The notes under the pieces: model-generated
What the model was told of the DNA's origin: nothing
Seen by the model: only the letters and a program-made list of their open reading frames with translations
Databases searched by the model: none
Program-made: the position numbers and the translations under genes
Assembly (NCBI GenBank): GCA_023334545.1
Contig: JAADVB010000037.1
Span: 1-64,000, forward strand
Origin: Salisapilia sapeloensis CBS 127946
Lineage: Eukaryota; Protista; Oomycota
Direction: 5' to 3'
DNA: 64,000 nucleotides
Shown: positions 20,078 through 30,428 of the stretch, piece by piece
Layout of the letters: the number at the start of each line of letters is the position of its first letter
Numbering within the stretch: the first letter of the stretch is position 1

Positions 20078-20975
20078 TTAGACGACATAATTTAAATAAG
20101 ACTTGATTTGATTTGTGTACGTACAGAAACGTTTCGACGTGTTTAGTGGATAAATCGTGCAAGATTGGAAAAGTATCTTGGGCAGATGTGAATATGGGGA
20201 GCCAGGAAGTGGACAGATGATTGTATGCATTGCATTTCGTATGTAGCGTAGCGGATACTTGCTTGAAAGAGAACGGTGATGGGTGTGAATAGTGTATCCG
20301 GACTGGTTGAAACGACGCTTGGGATGGAGTATCGAATGGTCGAAACGCGGAGAGACCTTTGCAACATGCCTTCCTATCCATCCGACTTGCAACCTTTGTG
20401 TATGTGAATTTACGCTTTGTATCATATAGCTCGAGCGTGAGAGTACACTGCATTCACGTTGTATAGTTCCTTCTGTAAACATGAATAATACGCATGGAGA
20501 GCATACTGATTAACGTGAACACTTTGCACGTAAAGGCTCCTTCGCTACTTTTCCAGGCGTTGCTTTGCATGCACAACTGGTATAATCTTGCATACGAGGC
20601 AGCAACAATACTAGGACTCGCATATCGAGGTTTAGACCAAGTACCTTGTATTCCATGGACACTTCTAACCGATAGTCTTCCGCATGGCTTCCAGGTGTCT
20701 ATAAACCATATCAGACTATGTATCCTTACTTGGTCCAAGCTGTACTGGTACTCGTATATGCAATAATCGAGAGAAATCGGCTTTATCAAGGTAAGTGATT
20801 ATGGTACTATGCTCATACATCTCTTCCTCATGCACAACCACTGAAATCGCTGTAGCCTCCAAAGTCAACAAAACGAAATCTCGTACAGCTTTAATCAACT
20901 CTATCCTGCTCGCAGGACCGACGATTGCCATCACAGCTTACCAACTTGTTGCTCAACAGCCAATGTGTGTTCCAT
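20078..20975 (-). CDS. Putative multi-exon orphan gene; model unresolved
   Basis: ATG at 20975 (MEHTLAVEQQV) followed by GTAAGC...GATAG and further GT-AG-bounded segments, giving ELIKAVRDFVLLTLEATAISVVVHEEE; the downstream splicing is ambiguous. Confidence 0.25.
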
Positions 20976-21403
20976 TCACTCACTAAAATATCTTGACTGA
21001 CTTAACGTCCAACGCTCCGTGAATGTAGACCTAGTGGAAGTCTAGCCGTGAACGTCGTCGCCATCATCGCTACTAGCAGCGAAATCCTGCTCTCCACTCT
21101 ATCCTTTTTATTTTTTTTAAAGCAGGAGAAAATTATTCTAGACAAAGCATCCTAATCCATACATCAACACGATACTTCCTCTCCAGCACCACTTTGCTTG
21201 CGGTAACTCATGTCGGCCTGTATCGTGGCAACTTAGATGCGCAATATATCGCTCCATAAGTACCCATACAAACACTATATCGAAACCAAATGAAAATGTC
21301 CGCACTTTGCCAAGCCATTCGCCGTCAACCGCCGCAGCCGACACACTTATCATTCCCCGAGTACCTCGGTGATACCACCCCCACCTCTCAAAGCACACTA
21401 GCC

Positions 21404-24400
21404 ATGGCTGGATCTGGACTCGCAGTGCTCTGCACTAGCAGCGCCGATAGCATCGACCGGCTCGTCGCCTCGGCGCAGAAGCTGCAGTCCCAAGGCCTGC
21501 GCATAGCTGCACTGTGCTCACCAGCCTTGCAGCAAGCGCTCGTAGCCGCAAAAGTGCCGCACGTCACGATCGCTTCCCCGCAAGACGTCCAGCAATTGAT
21601 GGCCGACCGCGTGGAAGCTGTCGTGGCTGCACCGCCTCGTCTCGAGAGTGATGCACCTGTTAAGCGCCGTCAACGGGAACTGCACGACTGGATGAATGGC
21701 GCCTTCCCTTTCGTCCGCACGGCTGCATGGAACTACGCCCAGATCGCCGTTACCTTGAACGACGACGACACTAGCAAGCTTGTGGATCGTGTCTCGAACG
21801 AAGGCCGATTGTCGCTGTCTGTGCAGGAGCGCCGTCAACTGTCTGAAAAAGCATTTGACTACTTTTCCAAGCTCGACGCAACGATTGCGGCTACCCTTCG
21901 CTCTGAAAACCGTATGACTACCTATATCTATCTTATGATGAACTTGTATCGATTCATATTGATACTATAGAAAGTCTACATGACGTCCTCGTCGTTGGCA
22001 ATGGCGGTCGTGAGCACGCTATCGTGTGGAAACTAGCGCAGTCGCCGTCCGTCCGCCAGATCTACGTCGCTCCTGGCAACGCTGGCACTTGCAGCGATAA
22101 GGATCCTCGCATTGCTGATACCATCATCTCGAACGTCGATATCAAAGACTACGATGCGTTGGTCGAGTTCGCCGTCTCCAAGGAAGTCTCTCTCTGCGTC
22201 GTCGGTCCAGAAGCGCCTCTCATCGACGGTCTAGCAGACAAGATGATCGCTGCTGGCATCAAGACGTTCGGTCCGTCCGAGCAAGCGGCTGTCCTCGAAG
22301 CGTCGAAAGCCTTTTCGAAAGACTTTATGCACCGGAACGAGATCCCGACGGCTGCGTATGCCAACTTTACGGAGTATGAGAAAGCCAAGGCGTACGTGGA
22401 GTCCGTGGACCATGATATTGTCGTGAAAGCGTCTGGGATTGCTGCTGGAAAAGGAGTGCTTCTCCCAGAAACCAAGGAAGAGACGCTGCAGGCACTCAAG
22501 GACGTGATGCTGGACAAGGCGTTCGGGTCAGCAGGAGACGAAGTGGTCTTGGAAGAACGCATGACTGGAGAGGAAGTGTCTCTGCTAGCCTTTAGCGACG
22601 GCACCAACGTCGTGACTATGCCTGGTGTCCAGGACCACAAGCGTGCAATGGATGCGGATCGTGGAGAGAACACGGGTGGTATGGGCGCCTACACGCCTGC
22701 GCCATGCTTAACTCCATCCCTAGAAAAGGAGTGCATTCGTATCGTCGAGCATGTGATTGCTGCCATGAAGGAGGAAGGTCGTCCGTACGTGGGCGTCTTG
22801 TATCCTGGCTTTATGCTTACGCCGCAAGGTCCCAAGGTCCTCGAGTTTAACTGCCGCTTCGGTGATCCAGAGACGCAGGTGCTCTTGCCGATGCTATCGA
22901 GCGACCTGTTTGAAGTCATGATGTCTTGTGTGCAAGGCAAGCTGGACGCGTCTATCGTCCACTGGAAAAAGGGTGCAGCCGTCACTGTCGTCATGGCGAG
23001 TCAAGGGTATCCGGACAGCTACCCCAAGGGTCGCACCATCTCCGGTTTGGACCAAGCCAATGACGTCGAGAACGTCCACGTCTTCCACGCTGGCACCACT
23101 TCTAACGATAGCAACGTTGTTACGTCTGGCGGTCGAGTACTCGCCGTCACCGCCTTGGACTCTACCTTAGAAGCGGCTGTCAAGCGTGCGTACGTCGGCG
23201 TGAAAGAGATCCACTTTGACGGCATGCAGTATCGATCGGACATTGCGCTAAAGGGACTGCTGCGTAGTGCCAAGAAACTCAAGATCGGTGTGCTCGGATC
23301 GACGCGTGGAAGTAGTCTCCAGCCTGTGCTTGACGCTATCAAAGCCAAGGGACTAGACGCCAGTATTGAAGTCGTCATCAGCAACAAGGAGAGCGCTGGT
23401 ATCCTCGCTCGTGCGAGAGAGCACGACTTGGAGAACCACGCTATCTCCTCTAAAGGTCTCTCCAGAGCAGACTTTGATGCCAAAGTCTCTGACGTCTTGC
23501 GTAGTAAGAACGTCGATCTTGTGCTGCTCGTAGGCTACATGCGTATTCTCTCGAGTGACTTTTGCAGTGAATGGGCTGGCCAAGTACTCAATGTCCATCC
23601 ATCGTTGCTTCCAGAGTTTGCTGGTGGTATGGACTTGGATGTGCACAAGCAAGTACTCGAGGCGAAGAAGACCGAGAGTGGATGTACCATCCACTTTGTG
23701 ACGGAAGAAGTGGACTCTGGTCCGATTGCTGTCCAGTTCAAGTGTCCTGTCGTGCAGGAGGACACGCCAGAGTCGCTAAAGGAACGAGTCCAGGCGTTGG
23801 AAGGACAAGCGTTCATCCATGCTATTCGATTGTTCCAGTCCAACCTCTTGACGGACGTTGGACAGACGAAGGGTATCACGTACGCGGATGCCGGTGTCAG
23901 CATCGACGCTGGCAACGAGCTTGTGAACCGCATTAAGCCCTACTGTAAAGCCACCGTCCGCACTGGCTGTGACGCCGACCTTGGTGGCTTTGGTGGCGTC
24001 TTTGACCTCCAAGCTGCTGGATACGACAAGGACACGGCTCTTGTAGCATGCACGGATGGCGTCGGTACTAAGCTACTGGTGGCCCAGCTCAGTGGAAAGC
24101 ACGACACGGTTGGCATCGATCTCGTTGCCATGTGCGTAAACGACTTGGTGGTCCAAGGCGCCGAACCTCTCTTCTTCCTCGACTACTATGCATGTGGCAA
24201 ATTGAGTGTGGAGGAAGCTGCGGATGTGGTCAAGGGAATCGCTAACGGATGTGAGCAGAGTCGATGCGGTTTGATCGGAGGTGAGACGGCCGAGATGCCG
24301 TCCATGTACGACGACGGAGACTATGACTTGGCTGGCTTCTGCGTTGGAGCCGTTCGAAAGCAGAACATCTTGCCCAAGAAAGTCATGGTCGGGTACACGG

Positions 24401-24918
24401 TGCTCGGTCTCGCGTCGTCTGGCGTCCACTCGAACGGATACTCGCTCGTGCGGAAGCTTGTGGACATGGCTGGTCTCCAGTATAAGGACGCGTGTCCGTT
24501 TGAACAAGGCAAGACGCTCGGCGAAAGCTTGTTGACACCAACGAAGATCTACGTGAAGCAGTTGATGCCTGCCATCCATGAAGGCTTGATCTCGGCCTTG
24601 GCGCATATCACTGGCGGTGGACTCTTGGAGAACATCCCGCGCGTCTTGACGGATGACTTGGCTGTTGAGTTGGAATGCAACTCGTGGACGATGCCGCCTG
24701 TGTTCCAGTGGATGAAGTCGGTGGGCAAGCTGGACGATACGGAAATCGCTCGGACTTTCAACTGTGGTATCGGCATGGTGCTGATGCTCCCGACGGAGAA
24801 TGTCGATGCAGCGATTGCTAGTATTGAAAAGAGCGGAGAGAAGGTGTTCCGAATGGGTCACGTGGTGGAACGAGGTCCAGACGGCGAGCAAGTGATCCTG
24901 CAAGGTCGACTCCAGTAG
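21404..24918 (+). CDS. GART: Purine biosynthesis fusion: degenerate PurH N-terminal (MGS-like) domain, then GAR synthetase (PurD), GAR transformylase (PurN) and AIR synthetase (PurM)
   Basis: A 59-nt intron (21912-21970) joins ...LRSEN to QSLHDVLVVGNGGREHAIVWKLAQSP in frame. PurD: EFNCRFGDPETQ. PurN: LGSTRGSSLQ, NVHPSLLP, EVDSGP. PurM: TYADAGV, TDGVGTK, GGETAEMP, AHITGGG. Confidence 0.93.
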
Positions 24919-25296
24919 ATGTAGGAGGTAGCATGGCGTAAACCTCTTCACAGTATACCCATCAGCTGCCCCATTCTCTACCAGTCAGCTGGATCAAGCC
25001 AGCTATCCATTTTCCAAGCACTAGTCGTCGCAATTGACTTCATCTCTTTTCTTTCCTTCGTCACGCGCTTTCTTTCTTCTGTCAGATACGTTCCGATGGG
25101 ACTCGGATCATTAGATCTCTCGTCCGACGCGATCTTTTGTTTCTCAGATACGTCGTGACGACTTACTGCCACTCACGTGGGAGGAGATGGATTATCTGCC
25201 AATGAGAGCGTTTGCAACCAAACCAAATTTTACCGCAGTCACAATCGAAAACCTCATAAAACGCACAACTCATCGACCAAAGTACTGCTAGCAAGA

Positions 25297-26256
25297 ATGA
25301 ACAAGACACAGCCGGAGGAACGAGAGGTTTTGACTGAAATCGATGCAGTCGTGTCGGAAAACCCCGAGTTTGGACAAAAGCGTGTCGCGAATGCCCTCAA
25401 GGAGCGCAATCCGAACTGGACGTTGAGTGAAAAACGGGTCATCAAACTCTTGAAAAAGTATCGCGGATCCGACGACAAGAGCTCCAGCCAGTCGGGTAGC
25501 TCGAACGGAAACAGTCCCTGGACGCTGGACCCTCACACCGGCAATGAGCCTGCTTCCAACGGAAACGGACATCGGGTCACAGAGACCATTAAAGAAGTAG
25601 TCAAAGCGCCAGTGCAGGCCGTGACGAAGAAGCAGGACGAACCTGTCAAGGAACCCGAGGACAACTCGCCCAAGGCCTCGGAGACGACTGCTAGCGACGT
25701 GCGATCCAGCCAGAAGTCGAATGACGCGCGCAAGAGCGAAGAGCGAGTGTCGGAAAAGAGTGAAGGGGGGAAGTCGAGCAAGATGTCTGCTATCAAGCAC
25801 AAGGTGATGGACAAGGCTGATGAAGTCAAGGAGCGCATTTCCGGCCTCCACTCGGAAGAGCCCAAGCCAGAGTCCCCGAAAAAAGAGGCGGAACAACCAA
25901 AGTCACCTGTGAAGCAGACCGAGCAACCACAGGAACCTGTCAAGCAGTCGCCGAAAAAGGAGCAAGTACAGCCCAAGGAGTCTCCTAAGAAAGAAGAGGT
26001 ACAACCCAAGGAATCACCGAAGAAGGCACCTGAGCAACCAAAGGAAGAGCCCAAGGAGGAAGAACCCAAGAAGGAGGAGCCCAAGGACGAAGACATGGAC
26101 TATGTCAAGGTGGAAGGCAAGAACGGCGAGAGTGCTTCGATGCAAGGATACGAAAAGGCTAGTGTCACGCCGAAGAACCAGGAGCGACCGCAATCTAATA
26201 CGGCCTTGGACCGCGATGCTGAGAACGGAGCAACATGCGCATGCATCGTCATGTAA
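25297..26256 (+). CDS. Hydrophilic K/E/P-rich protein with a small N-terminal helical domain and C-terminal CaaX (CACIVM*)
   Basis: ATG at 25297; ENPEFGQKRVANALKERNPNWTLSEKRVIK domain; repeated (E/K/Q)SPKK motifs; ends CIVM. Confidence 0.7.
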   Translation: MNKTQPEEREVLTEIDAVVSENPEFGQKRVANALKERNPNWTLSEKRVIKLLKKYRGSDDKSSSQSGSSNGNSPWTLDPHTGNEPASNGNGHRVTETIKEVVKAPVQAVTKKQDEPVKEPEDNSPKASETTASDVRSSQKSNDARKSEERVSEKSEGGKSSKMSAIKHKVMDKADEVKERISGLHSEEPKPESPKKEAEQPKSPVKQTEQPQEPVKQSPKKEQVQPKESPKKEEVQPKESPKKAPEQPKEEPKEEEPKKEEPKDEDMDYVKVEGKNGESASMQGYEKASVTPKNQERPQSNTALDRDAENGATCACIVM

Positions 26257-26355
26257 TTTGCTTCCTTGGTGTCCCATGAGATGGCAGTGGATTGCATTTA
26301 ACAAAAAACAGGAGATATGGATTTTCAATCTGTCGTTTATACGTTCGATGATGTC

Positions 26356-27597
26356 TCAAGCAAGCAAGATGGAGTGCTTCTCGCCACAACGGACCTTGTG
26401 ACAGGACACTGTTAAGAGATCTGATGATGACGATAGCATGCGTCGCGTCTGATGCGGATAGCCCCACCAGTGGACGTCTCCATTTCGAGTTAGAACAACC
26501 GTGTGTCGAGCCCCACAGGCTACATCTATAGCTTCATGCTCTGGCGCATGAAAGTAGTCATGCGGGAGTTCGACGACTCGAGGTAAAGGTTGGCTGTCGA
26601 CATCCGTGTGACCCTACACCAAATCATGTTAGTCGTGTCAATCGTTTTGTTCAGATAGAGCGCGTACGAGTTGACAATCTCGATTCCATCCAAAAGTGTA
26701 TACATCTCCCGTAGTAGTAACGACAGCTGTGTGCCAATTGCCGCAATCGACCATTGTAACGGCGCCAAGAGACGTGTTGGTCATGTGGATGCCTTCTAAT
26801 GCATCCACTATACGCGGTTGATACTCGTCTTGTGTCGAGTTATGGCCTAATTGGTGGTAAAGTCCCCACCCGAAAGTGTACAGGTGCTTGTCGTAGGAGA
26901 TTAAAGCGCTATGGCCAAAGCCTGCCGCGACCATAGTAGCTGCTGGGGTAGTGGTAAGGACAGCAGGCACATGATGATCAGACTCAGACTGCAACGAGCG
27001 AAAGCCTAATTGGCCATACTCGTTACTACCCCAGCTCCATGTTCTACTTTCTGCGTCTATTGCCAAAGAATGTTTTGCTCCAGCTGCCATGGTTTTTATC
27101 GTGACGGGAGTAGTGCTGTCGAATGTAATCATTGTTGGCGTCGAAATTGTTCTATTTATGCCCGAGTCATGACCTGTCTGGCCGTTGCTATTCCATCCCC
27201 AAGAGTACAGGCTACCATTGGATGTCAATGACAATACATGGTGGCTGCCGCACGCTACTTGGGTGCATGTCTGTGGTATACTGAGCTGTATTGGCAATGC
27301 ATGCACTACCATATACATATCAAAGTCATCTTTCGATGGCATTTGTTGTTTGTCTTGTGTTCCTAGCTCAGCGTAGTAGCTGATACCCCACCCAAAAACA
27401 CTTCCATCGATACAAATTCCGATCGTGAACGTCTCACCGCCATCTACACTAACATATCGTTGCTCTGTATCGACATAGCATTCTCCATACAGCCCATACT
27501 TGTCTACTGCATTAGCAGCCTGAGTGTTGTCGAACGTAACAGAGTTCACGCAAAGACAACGCCCTGTATTCGTGCTACTTAGTAGCTTGTCATGCAT
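26356..27597 (-). CDS. RCC1-repeat beta-propeller protein (two exons)
   Basis: Repeats VACGSHHVL..GSLYSWGWNSNGQTG, AAGAKHSL..WSWGSNEYGQLG. A 54-nt intron (26614-26667) extends the frame through GHTDVDS...VACGARHTV...RCGEKHSILLA to the stop at 26356. Confidence 0.88.
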
Positions 27598-27697
27598 TTC
27601 GCACTTTGTGTCCGCTGGATATGTCAGTCTTGGTATAATAAACGCAGTTGTTCTAAATTAGTTGACTATCATTTTGGACCTGACACAAATATCGAAA

Positions 27698-28565
27698 ATG
27701 TCCCACTGCCACGACCAGCACGCTTCCCATGGAGGTGGCCACAACCATGACCACAGCCATGATCACACGCATGAAATAGAAGATCCGAATGGCGAGTCTC
27801 TGTACCCATACGTCGATACGAGCAAATTGCGTGCTCTAAATGCCGAGGAACCAAGCCAAGTTTCGCATCCGTTCAAGCCGTATGATGATCGTCTAAATCA
27901 CGATCGCTACCTAAGCTCCAACGACGACGATCCAGAGCTCATCCTGCACATTCCGTACAAATTTTTCTATAAAACATTAAACCATATCTAACTCGTGTAA
28001 TTGTAGATTCACAGAAGCTGTGAACATCAAATCGATCTGTGTGTCTGGAGGCGAAGATGGATTGCATCCAAAGGAAATCAAGATGTACGTAGGAATATAC
28101 TCATTCATTCCCTATCAACTTGTTAATCTGCATCCATAGGTTCTGTAATCGAGAAGACATTGACTTTTCCAATGCAGGAGAACTGCCTTCCCAACATACT
28201 CTGCAGCTTGTCGAGGACTACACTGCTGAAGTCGAATACCCACTGCCGTATGCTCTTCTTCCCCTCTTGTATCACTCGTATCTGACGACTTATATGCAGC
28301 GTCCGAAAGTTCCAAGGCGTCAGCAGCCTGACACTGTTTGTCGAAGACAACTACGGTGGCGACGTCTCCAAGATCTACTACATTGGCCTCAAAGGAGAGA
28401 GCAAAAAGGTACGTCGGTAGGAAACATTTAGCCCGACAGCCTATTCACACGTTGTGCATTCGATAGTGGCGTCATGGCGTTGTCGAAGCTGTGTATGAGA
28501 GCAGACCGCAGGCGTCTGACCACAAGGTCAAAGGAGATCTACAGGGCTCAACGCGCCTCGCATAA
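27698..28565 (+). CDS. PITHD1: PITH domain-containing protein 1 (five exons)
   Basis: His-rich N-terminus, GESLYPYVD, SNDDDPELILHIPFTEAVNIKSI, YPLPVRKFQGVSSLTLFV, KIYYIGLKGE, HGVVEAVYESRPQASDHK after removing four short GT-AG introns. Confidence 0.9.
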
Positions 28566-28592
28566 GTTTCCGAGATTAAATCAATCTATCTC

Positions 28593-30314
28593 TTAGCACA
28601 AAGCTGGAGCATATCGCTCTTCCCACTCCTGCTGCCGTTTCTCAAAGTCTGTAAGCGCTTGGTGTGCCTTCTCTGCCTTCTCCTCTTCCTTTATACGTTT
28701 CTCGCTAAAGCTTGCTAAAAGGTCCTGGAGTTCCGACAATAAGTCCTCTCCATTTCCACTTGTACCTGTTGTCGCACTCTCACCTGCCTCTACCTCTAGG
28801 TCCTCAGGCTTCTTGTCTTCTGTCCTGATAGACTTCTGGAAAGACTTTAAGCTCTCTTTTTTAACGTCTGTTGATTTATCCTGTTCGGAAGACCCTTTCT
28901 CGCTTGAGACATCTTTACAATCTTCATAAGAACCGTACGAACCGGTAGACTGAGGCGATGAAGCTAAGAATGCTTCCCACCGTGCTCCTCGATCTTCATC
29001 TGACGAGACACTAAAGTCTAATTCTCGCCTGGAAAATGAACTCCCACTCCTTCCATTCGTATCTGATGGCCTGGAAACTGATTGGACACTATCGTCTACT
29101 TCTTCAATAGAAGAAACGGACGACAGAGGAGGTCCATTCCACTGTTTATCAGCAAAGTAGTCACTTGCAAACTTTTCTTCCTGCTTTAACGCTGGAAGAT
29201 GCTGTGTCGTATAAGCTATCTGCTTTTCGTCCTTTAGTTGATCGATCTGTCTACGCAGTCGTCCGCACTCTTCCTCCTGTTCCTTCTGAAGAGTATCAAG
29301 CTTGAGAGTATACGCGCGCACGATCTCATTTGTATCGGATGACTGGAGCATCTTCACTTGTGTCTGTAAAGAATCAATTTCTGCCGTCTGTGCTACTTTA
29401 TCCTTTTGTAATTGATCCACTCGATCTGCTAAACTACTCTTAACTCGTTTCATATCCGACAGACGCTCGGATAAAGTGGTATTCGACTCTTCCATCTCCT
29501 GCATACGATCTGCATACTGCTTGTTTTCATTCTGGAGGTCATCTACTTGCTGCTTCAACTGTGTCACTTGATCACGTAAAGGATTTAACTCTTTTTTCTT
29601 TGCATGATCGTGATTCGCAAGTGCACTTTCGACGTCATACAGCTTGCGCTCGAGATTCGAATGCAGCATCGTGCGCTGGACAAGCTGCTTTTGCAACTGC
29701 TGAATCTGATTTCGATCTGCTACTGACTTGCATTCGTATTCTCGCTGGGTTTTACGCAACAGACTTTCCACTTCACGACGTAATCGGTCGTGGTTCTGTG
29801 CCTCGTCTTGTGCCTGCTTCAGGGCGTGATGAAGCTCTTGGAGCTTTTCTCCTCGAAAGGATGCAATGGATGGAGTAAAGTCTTCTGTATGAGACGTACT
29901 CTGCTTACAGCACGAGTGCCAGGTATAATGAGATGATCCGCTACTCTTCTTGTGCGAGCGACGACCTGTCGAATGCAATAATTCGTTACGTTCCTTGACC
30001 ACTTGAGCAGCATATTTCTCCAGAAACTCTTTCTTTTCCTTCTCCGATGACATTTCTCGACTAAGCATCTTGACGTGACCACGCATCTGTTCTGAATCTT
30101 GCTCCAAAGTCGTTGCATGCAGTCGCATGTGCGTCACGAGGAGCTCGAGCTCCGTGTACTTTGGCAGAATTTGGAGCACATAGCTTAATAGTCGCTGTGG
30201 TTCAGACGTTGGTGGTACAGGAGGTAATGCGTGACTCTCTACCTCTTGTTCCACCTGCATCCAAGCACTATCCGTCTCATACGCCTCCATTCCATCCTCG
30301 TACTCGTGCTCCAT
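28593..30314 (-). CDS. Long coiled-coil hypothetical protein
   Basis: 573-aa ORF rich in E/K/Q/L heptads with a Ser-rich C-terminal tail. Confidence 0.7.
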   Translation of the reverse strand: MEHEYEDGMEAYETDSAWMQVEQEVESHALPPVPPTSEPQRLLSYVLQILPKYTELELLVTHMRLHATTLEQDSEQMRGHVKMLSREMSSEKEKKEFLEKYAAQVVKERNELLHSTGRRSHKKSSGSSHYTWHSCCKQSTSHTEDFTPSIASFRGEKLQELHHALKQAQDEAQNHDRLRREVESLLRKTQREYECKSVADRNQIQQLQKQLVQRTMLHSNLERKLYDVESALANHDHAKKKELNPLRDQVTQLKQQVDDLQNENKQYADRMQEMEESNTTLSERLSDMKRVKSSLADRVDQLQKDKVAQTAEIDSLQTQVKMLQSSDTNEIVRAYTLKLDTLQKEQEEECGRLRRQIDQLKDEKQIAYTTQHLPALKQEEKFASDYFADKQWNGPPLSSVSSIEEVDDSVQSVSRPSDTNGRSGSSFSRRELDFSVSSDEDRGARWEAFLASSPQSTGSYGSYEDCKDVSSEKGSSEQDKSTDVKKESLKSFQKSIRTEDKKPEDLEVEAGESATTGTSGNGEDLLSELQDLLASFSEKRIKEEEKAEKAHQALTDFEKRQQEWEERYAPALC

Positions 30315-30428
30315 GGTTGTCGTACTGAGGTTTTGGCGGCAAGGTAATTAACCGTTAAATAGCTGTTAGGGGGATGACAGGAGTGATGGTAACTTCAACT
30401 TCGGACAAGCTATCAGGACAAGAAAGAG

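Noticed and set aside
24073-24951. 292-aa antisense ORF over the PurM domain, also 40929-42023 over the acidic gene and many others
   Set aside because: Expected antisense openness from biased codon usage or low-complexity sense sequence.
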